A stretch of 64,000 nucleotides of DNA, taken from an uncultured bacterium (GTDB taxonomy: Bacteria; Chloroflexota; Ktedonobacteria; Ktedonobacterales; JADMIN01). The notes under the pieces are model-generated. The model had not been told where the DNA came from and ran no database searches. It saw only the letters and a program-made list of their open reading frames with translations. Where the stretch lies: the NCBI GenBank assembly GCA_963733745.1, contig CAVTFE010000059.1, positions 39,449 to 103,448 on the forward strand. Reading direction: 5' to 3'. Within the stretch, counting starts at the first letter, position 1; each line of letters begins with the position of its first letter. The position numbers and the translations under genes were made by a program. Positions 1 through 8,656 of this stretch are shown in pieces.

Positions 1-422
1 AGCGCCTCGCGCACCGCGGCGTGCTCCACGATGCGCATCGCAGGATCGCTGGTCGCTGGCTCAGGGACGTTGGCGAGTGAGGTCGCCGATCGCTGGCGGC
101 CTTGCTCGGTCAGCGCAAGATTGGTCGCCACACGAAAGAGCCACATCTGCGGGCGTTCATAGGTGGTCACCTTCTCGAAGTTCCGCCAGGCGCGCAGGAA
201 GGTCTCTTGACACAAGTCATAGCCCGTCTGCTCATCACCGGTCATCCGCCAGAGATAGCTGAAGATCGCCCGCTGATGCTCTTGAAAAAACGCTTCAAAC
301 TCGTGTGAGGCGTTTGTCTCATCCGCCTGGCGAGCCGCCGAGAGGTCGCTCGCCCCCATACGCATGGCCAGGGCATCCAGCGGGATGCGCCACACTGGGT
401 GCGGCGCCCTCCACAGCGTCAT
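1..422 (-). CDS. ECF (sigma-70 family) RNA polymerase sigma factor, 5' part; runs off the window edge
   Basis: Manual translation from ATG at 422 (RBS GGAAGG): ...FEAFFQEHQRAIFSYLWRMTGDEQTGYDLCQETFLRAWRNF...WLFRVATNLA, a typical ECF region 2. Not in the ORF track because its stop is outside the window. Confidence 0.9.
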   Translation of the reverse strand, partial: MTLWRAPHPVWRIPLDALAMRMGASDLSAARQADETNASHEFEAFFQEHQRAIFSYLWRMTGDEQTGYDLCQETFLRAWRNFEKVTTYERPQMWLFRVATNLALTEQGRQRSATSLANVPEPATSDPAMRIVEHAAVREA

Positions 423-862
423 AAGCTACCTTCCATCTCATCGTGATCAGTGAGCCGCTTGATCACACAGGTAACACTAGGATGAGACGAAAAGGTAACA
501 ACGTCTCCACCACGTAGCACAGAGAGCGCGATACAGACTGAATCAGCGGATGCATAGGGTGCAGCAGTCCTTAAGCGCCATGAGCAAGGCCGCAACCGTA
601 CTGGTCCATGAATGCTCACCATCCTGCTGAGCTAATCGTGAGCGCTGAGGAGCGCCAACTCGACGTTGGCATACCGATGTAGTTCCACCGCAGCAGTGGA
701 ACAAACTGCTGTACCGTTCAGCGATAGCCTATCACTGAAGGCCGAGGTTGAGGCAACGAAGACACACCTGTGACCGAAGAGGTATCAGCTCTGTGCGCTT
801 GCTGCTGAGAAAGCCTCGCTTGCAAATGCAAACAGAATGCGTGTCGCATCTTTATTCATAAA

Positions 863-890
863 GGCCTGCTGCGATATATCGCAGCAGGCC
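863..890 (-). terminator. Perfect 28-bp palindrome, likely terminator of the excisionase-like gene
   Basis: GGCCTGCTGCGATA|TATCGCAGCAGGCC, followed by TTTAT on the minus strand, 25 bp past the stop at 916. Confidence 0.65.
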
Positions 891-915
891 GGCACAACCG
901 CAAGACCGACTGAGT

Positions 916-1113
916 CTAACTTCCATCTTCTGATGTGGTATTGCGCTCCCGCATGAATCTGTCTAGGGCCGAGCGCCGAATACGATACCCCGCTGGCCCT
1001 CCAAGGTTTATGGCCTCTAGTTCACGATTGCGAATCCACTTGCGCACCGTATCTGGATGCACAGCAAGTTCCTTTGCAACATCATCAACTGTGAGCAGAG
1101 GATCTTGCGACAT
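916..1113 (-). CDS. Excisionase-like helix-turn-helix protein (HTH_17/MerR-like), candidate recombination directionality factor
   Basis: MSQDPLLTVDDVAKELAVHPDTVRKWIRNRELEAI...YRIRRSALDRF; RBS GAGGGG before ATG 1113; divergent from the recombinase. Confidence 0.85.
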   Translation of the reverse strand: MSQDPLLTVDDVAKELAVHPDTVRKWIRNRELEAINLGGPAGYRIRRSALDRFMRERNTTSEDGS

Positions 1114-1267
1114 GGCGCTGCCCCTCGTTGCATAGTCAAGTTCGTCGTTGGTTGTCACTGTTTACTCATGTCTGCTGTTGATTGCGCCTATTGCAAAGTC
1201 TACCACGTCATTACCCCAAAGTCGATAGTCCTTAGCAACACTTCACCATCTTTAACATACACAGACC

Positions 1268-1296
1268 TTGACAGATCGTATCTAGCGTGTTATCTT
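1268..1296 (+). promoter_or_regulatory. Sigma70-type promoter facing the recombinase
   Basis: TTGACA (1268-1273), 17-nt spacer, TATCTT (1291-1296), with extended -10 TG. Confidence 0.7.
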
Positions 1297-1323
1297 CGTA
1301 ATTAGCGGGTCCGCCAGATTCGC

Positions 1324-1404
1324 AAAAAGGAAACGGCTCGAAGTGTTAGAGCACTTCGAGCCGTCGAACTCGCGCCGCTGGACAGCAAACACGAGGTCAC
1401 TTCC
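1324..1404 (-). ncRNA. Putative ~80-nt antisense RNA within the recombinase leader
   Basis: Minus-strand TTGCAA-N17-TATGAT promoter (1439-1411). It ends in the hairpin ACGGCTCGAAGTG/CACTTCGAGCCGT (1333-1364) followed by TTCCTTTTT. Confidence 0.5.
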
Positions 1405-1410
1405 GCCTCA

Positions 1411-1439
1411 ATCATACCGCGCATAGCTCGCATTTGCAA
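1411..1439 (-). promoter_or_regulatory. Sigma70-type antisense promoter
   Basis: TTGCAA (1439-1434), 17-nt spacer, TATGAT (1416-1411) on the minus strand. Confidence 0.55.
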
Positions 1440-1656
1440 GCTGCCGGCGGTAGTAGGGACGTCCAGCCGCGCTCATCAGACTGGAGCGCATTGTGGATCA
1501 GGAGTCGCAACCCAGTAACGACCCACCGCTTACAAGTTGTGACGCATCGTTTCCGTCAGCTGGCATTTGGTTCGGGCACGAGTCACTATTGGGCGTTTCT
1601 CGAAGCGTTGCTGATCGGGCTCAGCGCTTATGAAGCAGCTCATAGAGGGAGTTGCC

Positions 1657-3822
1657 ATGCGACGCAGCCGCTACCAGTCGCCTGAGGGTTCCCAATCAGA
1701 GCTTGATCAGCTTCCGCTCGACACCATCTGCACCGTGTTGGTGCGCCAAAGCAGCGTTAAGCAAACCGTGCAGAATACCTTCAGCGCAGAAGCAAACCCA
1801 AAGGATCTTGTGCGAGAAGCTCAGCGTCAGGGGTTCGCAGCTGAGCGCATCAAGGTGTTGGACTGGGACATGGGCATTGGCGCGTATAACACCACCATCG
1901 AGGATCGCCCAGCTCTCCATCACTGGCTCACCAAATTGCTGCCAGGCAAAGAAAGCCGCGTCGTCCTCGTCAGCCAGGAAGATCGGCTCTTCCGCGACCG
2001 CACCGAGATCCAGGTGAATCGGTTTATCGAGCTGGTGGCGCGCCAAGGTGGCTGGGTGATCTGTGGCATTGGTAACGCGCGCATTTACAACTTCCGGCGC
2101 GAGATGGACCGCGAATTGTTCCGCATGGCATGCAAGTATGGCCGCCAATACATCGAGTATCACATCAAAGGGAGGCTGCATCCGGCGATTCAGCGCACCG
2201 CCATGGCTGGCCGCTATTCTGGGGGCCCTGTGCCATGGGGCTACGTCGTCGATTATAACAGCCATAGCCCTTCCTACAAGCACTTCGTGCCCTATGAGCC
2301 CCATGCCAACCTCGTCACTGAGCATGTCTTCCAGGTGTTTGCTGCCATGCCATTCCCCTCAGTGGTACGAGGTCGCTCGTCACTGGGGCAGCCTCGGGTT
2401 GGTCTGGCCATTCTTTGGCCCAGACGATTGATCCGCGGCGTGTACGGCTGGTGGACGGTCATTGCACCCGCAACGAGGCGCGTGGGGGCTATGAGTTCCA
2501 CTTTCAACAGGCGCATCACATTCTGACTGATGTCGCCTACCTAGGCTGGCGCACGCGCTCCGGCCAGGTCGCCTGGGACGATGAACGTCAGAGCGCCACG
2601 CATCTGCCACCCGCCCCTCGTCGAGGAGGACGTCTTCTGGTGGTGCTATGATCAACTCCTCACCGAGCGTCCGCCCTGGGCTCCCCCGCGCCATACTCAG
2701 GTAGTTCAGACATTCCGCCCACGTCCTGCTCGTCGGCGTCACCCGGAGCGGATTGCATTCTTAGTTCCTGGCCGCATGCACTGTGCGCAACATGGCAACG
2801 TCATGGGCGTCATGGTCTATCCCGATGACAAACCCTATCTTCGTTGCCACGGCAATGATCGGCTGCGCCTCAAAGAGGACACGTGCTCAGCGATGCTTGC
2901 CACTTCCGTGGAGCATGCGGTATCGGAGACATTCCTTGCACAACTGACACTGGACGAGGAGGATGTGCGTAATCTGGCGCACCTTGCAGCGCAGCGGACG
3001 AGCGCTCAGGTTGATGCGAGGGATTCTCTCCAGCGCGAACTCGCCGAGCATCAGCAACGCTATGCACGCGCGAAACGACTGGCGCTTACGGCTGGCGACG
3101 AGGCGCTCGCGAATGATTTCTTTGCGGAGGCGCGCCAGACACGCAAGACCATCGCAGAACTTGAGCACCAACTGGCGACACAGGCTAAGCGCGCGGATGT
3201 GCCTCCTCCTGCGTGGGCGAAAGCGGAATGGATGGCCACGATTGCTGAACGCATCCGCTCCACCTTCCTTGAGTGGCCAAGGGCAGCGCAAGCACGAGTT
3301 CTCATGCTCGCGCTCCACGAAGGATTCCTGGGTCGGATCGATCGCCGGCGGACGGGGCTCCTGTTGCGCTGGCAAGGCGGCGCTGAATCGCGCCAAGAAC
3401 TCGTGAGTCGCGTCGGGTTGCTGGCTGCCTGGTCAAAAGAGGAAGAGCAGGCGCTTCGGACGTACTTTCACCAGTTGACCTGGGAGGCACTGCTTCGCAT
3501 GTTCCCATACCGGACGAAAGATGCGATCAAACGGGAGGCGTCGCGACTGGGGTTGCGGCGGCCACGATACGAGTTATCTGCAGCTGAGCCATACATTCTG
3601 GCGCAACCGGAGCCAGTCAACGTGATGGAGCCGTACGGATTCCCACTCGAATCCAGAATTCACGCGGCGGCAGGCAGTGTTGTGACGGCTGAGCTAAGCG
3701 TTGTTGCTTTGAGACACAGCACGCGCAACTGCTCCTGCGATTGGTATCCCAAGTCGAGCGCCAGTACGCTTGCGCCAGAACGTCATAGCGCTCCCGTTCA
3801 CCTACATTCATGCTGCCAGTGA
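1657..3822 (+). CDS. Large serine recombinase/integrase (frameshifted across ORFs 1630-2526, 2415-2651, 2581-3822)
   Basis: Resolvase motifs VRQSS (catalytic Ser), EDRPAL and SQEDRLFR; recombinase domain GGPVPWGY...HPPLVEED; Zn ribbon CAQHG...C...C; coiled coil. RBS GAGGGAG before ATG 1657. Confidence 0.88.
3711..3773 (-). mobile_element. att-like site: copy of an internal radC segment inside the recombinase 3' end
   Basis: 3711-3744 GAGACACAGCACGCGCAACTGCTCCTGCGATTGG matches 8164-8197 at 33/34. Weaker similarity continues to 3773 and encodes [21 protein letters not shown] versus Rad[22 protein letters not shown]. Confidence 0.8.
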
Positions 3823-4258
3823 AGTCAACGTCTCCGCGCTACCTGCTGTGACGACGCCTGTACGCGCAGCGTCAGTCTGCACGGGCACGTGAGGCGGCAA
3901 CCGACCGCCAGTGGACGTGGGACGACGCCCACCGATGACGAGATCTAGACTGTCGAGACGCCAAAGTGGCAAGCCTGCGCAACGTGAACACATTTGCGCC
4001 ACCAGGCGCCTTGAGGCATGCGCTCGTCCGTCGCAACACCTGACAGTGCAGGGGTTTGTTCCACCGCTGCAGTGCTGTGTGTCACACAGGACTTTGGCGC
4101 AGCGCTCATGGGCATCCGTTGTAGTTCTCCCCAAGCGGGAGGAGCATCTTTACGGCTGCCCGCTCGCATAGCGACGTGTAGTGCAACGGTGTAGACTGAC
4201 AAGCAAACCGCGCCACCGTAGGCGCCGGAGCCCACTGTCTGGGAGAGGATGCGGTTGT

Positions 4259-4575
4259 ATGGCGGTGAACCTGCTCGAACGCAAGCGCGAACTGACCGCG
4301 CTTGTCGCCTTGCTTGACGAGATCACTGCTGGACAGGGGCGGGTCGTTGTTATCAGCGACGAGGCTGGCACAAGGAAGACCCCCTCGTCGAACGCGTCGT
4401 CGCGCAATCACCTGCTGGCATGAGGGACCTACAGGGCGCGTGCGAAGCCCTCTTCACTCCACGCCCACTCTGCCCGCTCTATGACATCGCTCAGCAGACC
4501 ACATCGCCATTGCACGTCCTCCTTCAGGACGATGTGAACTGCGCGCTGCTCTTCTCTGCCCTCCTCGACGATCTC
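4259..4575 (+). pseudogene. Truncated N-terminus of an AAA-ATPase/LuxR (LAL-type) regulator
   Basis: MAVNLLERKRELTALVALLDEITAGQGRVVVISDEAGTRKT (decayed Walker A GEAGxGKT), then after a frameshift GACEALFTPRPLCPLYDIA; breaks off at the emfourin stop. Confidence 0.7.
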
Positions 4576-4867
4576 ATCTCCTCCTCACAAACGTGATGAG
4601 GGCTGCGAGCGCCGCGTCGGTCACCGGATCCGTCACCCGGATCGAATGGGACTGCTGCTCGCGCTCGACCGTGAGCGTGTAGGTCACGTAGTCAGCCGCT
4701 CCTTGCGGTGGGGTCGGTCCGTCGGCAGGCAAGTGAAAGAAGTCGCACTCAACAATCAACCGGTCTAGCTCGCGCTGCTGCTCCGGAGCGAGCTGTGCGC
4801 TGTCCACGACCAACGGCGGGCGTACCAGCCCGGCAAAGCCGCCCTCCTGATGTAAGACCACTCGCAT
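4574..4867 (-). CDS. Emfourin (M4in) protealysin inhibitor
   Basis: MRVVLHQEGGFAGL...FFHLP...GAADYVTYTLTVE...HSIRVTD; 97 aa; downstream of an M4 protease. Confidence 0.88.
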   Translation of the reverse strand: MRVVLHQEGGFAGLVRPPLVVDSAQLAPEQQRELDRLIVECDFFHLPADGPTPPQGAADYVTYTLTVEREQQSHSIRVTDPVTDAALAALITFVRRR

Positions 4868-5027
4868 GGTTGTTCCTGCTTTCTCGCATTGGTTTCTCGC
4901 ACTGGTTTCTCGCCCTCACTGCAGCACAGGCAGCCGACTCACCACGCCGCTCTCCACTTGCCCAGGCATGTTTCAAGCTTCACGTCCCGCCGCCCTGCTA
5001 GCGGCCTGCCCCTCACTGCGGGAGCCA

Positions 5028-6023
5028 TCAGAGCTTGCCGGGGACCAGCCCGAGAATCACGAGGATGGCGACGACCGCCCCTACGATCACGAGGATGGCG
5101 ACGACCACCACCACGATCTCAATGATGCGCGCGGTGGGGAGGCCCCCACCTGTGGGTGACACGGAGACTGTCGAGCGGATAGGGAAGGGATTGCCCGAGG
5201 TGGGGACGTTCAACTGGCCCCCTTGCGCTCTCGTCGCTAGCCGCCCCATGAAGTCCTGGTAGCCTGTCTGGGGGTCTTTGCCTGTGAGCTTCTGGTAGGA
5301 GTCGCCGAGGCTGGCGCCGCCGGTGGTGGCGATTTGGGTCCAGCTGAAGCCTAATTGGGTGTGCAGGTAGGAGAGGAAGAGGGCGCCACAGCCGTTGGCA
5401 TCCTCGTTCTGGTCTGTGGCGCTGTTGTCGTTGATGTAGTCCCGATGGCCGTTCCTCCACCAGCGCTGCTCCGTCGGCACAATGACGGAGGCCAGGGTCG
5501 CGTTGCGCTCGACGGCCAGGACGCGTGAGAGCGCTTCCCCATTGGTGTGGCCGCAGTCCCATCCATTGTCGATGGCGGCCTCAAACACCTCGACCACCTC
5601 GGCGACCACCAAGGTCGAGGCCTGAGTGGCAGGGACTGGCTCGATGTAGAGGTTGCTGCCAGCAGACGAGTAGTGGTAGGCGCCGCCCGCGTTGGGATCC
5701 ATCAGGACATACAGGGGTTGCGCAGTGCGCACGGTGGTCCGGTCGTCCCCGTCCTGCCCAGGAGGTAGGTCAAGGCCACCGAACCACACCTGTACAGCCG
5801 TGAAGTCGGCCTCGCACGCGGCCAGTACGCCCTGCGCCGCCACGTCACCCTCGACCATCCCATCAGAGTAGACGACGAAATGCGACGTTTGGCCGACGAC
5901 TGTTTCAGAGGTGAGGAGCTGACTGCTCTGGGCCAGGGTGTGCTGTTCCGCGCGGACCTTGCGCCCCGATGGGTTCGCGCGCAGGAACACACGGGCTCCT
6001 ACGCTGGGTCTGCCTGCCGTCAT
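5028..6023 (-). CDS. Uncharacterised zincin-like protein with C-terminal transmembrane anchor
   Basis: RBS GGAGGAGG before ATG 6023. GGAYH...LVVAEVVEVFEA...W..GHTNGEALSR resembles HExxH...W..EG spacing without the histidines. Hydrophobic C-terminus. Confidence 0.7.
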   Translation of the reverse strand: MTAGRPSVGARVFLRANPSGRKVRAEQHTLAQSSQLLTSETVVGQTSHFVVYSDGMVEGDVAAQGVLAACEADFTAVQVWFGGLDLPPGQDGDDRTTVRTAQPLYVLMDPNAGGAYHYSSAGSNLYIEPVPATQASTLVVAEVVEVFEAAIDNGWDCGHTNGEALSRVLAVERNATLASVIVPTEQRWWRNGHRDYINDNSATDQNEDANGCGALFLSYLHTQLGFSWTQIATTGGASLGDSYQKLTGKDPQTGYQDFMGRLATRAQGGQLNVPTSGNPFPIRSTVSVSPTGGGLPTARIIEIVVVVVAILVIVGAVVAILVILGLVPGKL

Positions 6024-6078
6024 CTGGGGACCTCCTCCTGTGCCAACAGGCGCGCGGCGCCATGCCAACACCCTCGCA

Positions 6079-7269
6079 TCACCGGCGGGGATGGCGTTGC
6101 GCGGTCACTCGTTCCCCGCTCACTCGCCAGGCCAGCCGCAAGGCTGAACGCGCGATCGTCAGCCGGTCGTCATTCCTGTCCGTGTCGGCACTGCCGACTT
6201 CGCTCCAGGCATCGGCGACCGCCTGGTGAATCTCGGGACTGCCCGGAAATAGCGTGGAGGCCGTGCGCGCGGTCAACGCCGCAAATTGCGCGAAGGTGCT
6301 GAGACGTCCCGCCTGCGGCAGCGCACTAAACCAGATCAACCCAGCCCGCTCCCAGGCGTACCCGCCCAGCTTGGTCGCCGCCAGGTAAAAAGCGCGATTG
6401 GGAATGCCAGAGTTAATGTGGACGCCTCCGTTGTCAAACTTCGTGTAGTCATAGTCGTCCATGTGGCCCGGTTGGGGGTCCTTGCCCATCAGGGGATTCC
6501 TGTACGCATCTCCCGGCTGTTTCATCCAGCGCAGCGCGGCGGGGTTGCTGGGCGCTGTATCCATCGCCTGCACCTGTGGAGTCAGCACCTCCGCCCCGAT
6601 CAGCCAATCCGCCTGATCGGCGGTTTGGCCCAGATGCTGCTGCTTGATCAGCGAGCCAAAGACATCGGAGATCGATTCGTTGAGGGCTCCGGATTGGTCT
6701 TGGTACACCAGGCCAGCCGTAAACTCGGTGACGCCGTGGGTTAGCTCATGGCCCACGACATCCAGCGAGCCAGCGAAGTTCTGGAAGATGTCTCCGCCAC
6801 CGTCACCAAAGACCATCTGCGTGCCATTCCAATAGGCATTGTCATAGCCATCGCCGTAGTGCACGGTGGCGACTAAGGGCATCCCGTGGTCATCGATGGA
6901 ACGCCACTGGTACTGGCTTAGAAAGAACGTATAGGTGGCGCGCAGATTGTCAAAGGCCGCGTCGGCGGCGGGATCGCCCGTGGCGGGGGTCTGGCCGACG
7001 GTCGGGGCGCTCGCCAGCAGCGTACCGGGAAGCTGCATCGTGTTCTGGTCGTCGTAAATCGTGCTCGTGACCTGCTGGACGTCGTCCACCGCGAGGGGCC
7101 GTGGTTGCACCGAGCGCAGCGCGCGGAGGGTGCGAATGGAGAAATCGCTGTTCAAGGTCAGGAGGGCCTGATTACTCTGGCCGGGCCGGCCATTCTTGAT
7201 CACTTCGTTCAAGATGTGCGGCGGAATGATCGTGCACCGTGTCCCGGTGCAGCACTGGTGCGACGCCAT
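6079..7269 (-). CDS. Protealysin-like M4 metalloprotease
   Basis: Short propeptide CTIIPPHIL; YDNAYWNGTQMVFGDG; HELTH; GALNES; DNGGVHINSGIPN. RBS AAGGAGGA before ATG 7269. True stop may be near 6160 if an indel is present. Confidence 0.93.
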   Translation of the reverse strand: MASHQCCTGTRCTIIPPHILNEVIKNGRPGQSNQALLTLNSDFSIRTLRALRSVQPRPLAVDDVQQVTSTIYDDQNTMQLPGTLLASAPTVGQTPATGDPAADAAFDNLRATYTFFLSQYQWRSIDDHGMPLVATVHYGDGYDNAYWNGTQMVFGDGGGDIFQNFAGSLDVVGHELTHGVTEFTAGLVYQDQSGALNESISDVFGSLIKQQHLGQTADQADWLIGAEVLTPQVQAMDTAPSNPAALRWMKQPGDAYRNPLMGKDPQPGHMDDYDYTKFDNGGVHINSGIPNRAFYLAATKLGGYAWERAGLIWFSALPQAGRLSTFAQFAALTARTASTLFPGSPEIHQAVADAWSEVGSADTDRNDDRLTIARSALRLAWRVSGERVTAQRHPRR

Positions 7270-7875
7270 GGGGTGGTCCTCCTTGTGGAACGGAGACGTG
7301 CTTGACCATGATCTCCGGATCACACACCGACCGTGCCTACTCGTGCATGCTCGTGCATGCTCCGGGCGAGCGCGGGGGGATGCACAGAGCTCCAGACGAG
7401 CCGTGTGCTACGGGCTCAGGCAACCAGAACCTATTATGTCACCTAGCCAGCTGATATGTCACTTGAAGCTGGTGGGCGACCACCTGGCGCTCTAGCCGTG
7501 AAGAATCTGGGCGAGACTCTTGAGCGCCTACGGTCCTGAAGGCACATCGTTCAACAGAGGCCATAGCAGATCGCCGACCGAGTACGCCGGCTTGAACTCT
7601 ACGGGCAGCACGCCTGTGGCGGAGCTCCCCAGCAGCATCTGCACCCGATGCTCAAGCTGTTTGGCGCGTGACAAGCGCTCGCCCATGCCGTGCTCGGCCA
7701 GTTACTACAGCGGTGTGTTCCACCGCTGCGCCAACTGCGCGCACCAGCCCCGGCATACATACCGACGCTGAAAGCGGTTGACACTGGCTTCTAGCAGTAA
7801 CGCCCTGAGCGGCCTTGACTGCCATGCACTGCGCGGCGCGACGGATGTAACGGACGACACGAGGATGAGCAACGC

Positions 7876-8587
7876 CTAGAAGCCGAGACCACGTTCTTTC
7901 AGGCTGACATAGCGCTGCTGCCCAAGGATGATGTGGTCCAGTAGTTCGATCTCCAGCGCCTCACCAGCGCGGCGCAACTGCTCCGTGGTGCGAATGTCCT
8001 CCGGCGAGGGTGTCGGGTCACCGGAGGGATGATTGTGGACGACAATGATGCTGGGACAGTTGCGACTGACGGCGGGGCGGAAGACCTCGGCGGCGCGCAC
8101 CACGCTGGCGTTCACCGTGCCCTGATAGACTGTGTGCTGCGCGATGACGTGGTTCTTGGTATCGAGACACAGCACGCGCAATTGCTCCTGCGATTGGAAG
8201 CCAATTTCGAGGGCCAGCAGTGTCGCCACATCGCCTGGACCAAGGATCTGCGGACGTTCGGTGGAATCGAGCAACGTCAGGCGGCGTCCGACCTCCAGCG
8301 CGGCCTTAAGGGTAATCGCCTTCGCGGACCCCAAGACCACGCTCAGCCCGTAGCACATCGAGATCCGCGCCGAGCAGCCCACCCAGCCCGCCATACTTGC
8401 GCAGCAGGCGCGACGATAGCTCGATCACGTTCTCGCCTTGGATGCCCACACGCAGGATGATCGCCAGCAATTCAGAATTCGTGAGCGAGGCGGCTCCGTA
8501 GCGCTCCAGCCGCTCGCGTGGCCGTTCTTCATTGGGGAGTTCACGCACGGTCGCATGGTAGCCAGTGTCGGATGTGCTTGTGACCAT
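7876..8587 (-). CDS. radC: RadC (JAB/MPN domain) protein, frameshifted near 8310-8390
   Basis: [28 protein letters not shown]...[14 protein letters not shown]...[14 protein letters not shown]...LLDHIILG. Confidence 0.93.
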
Positions 8588-8656
8588 GGCAAAGCGCTTT
8601 CTTCAAGTTGCTATGCAAGGCGCCAAGTCGCTATGAGAGCGGAAGAAGAGTGACGA

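Noticed and set aside
1303-1656. Bridge-RNA-like guide for the recombinase
   Set aside because: Only 5-6-nt matches to the att core, as expected by chance; the enzyme is a serine recombinase, not IS110-type.
7460-7790. Possible gene between the protease and radC
   Set aside because: Only short, stop-interrupted frames with no recognisable motif; at most a degraded remnant.
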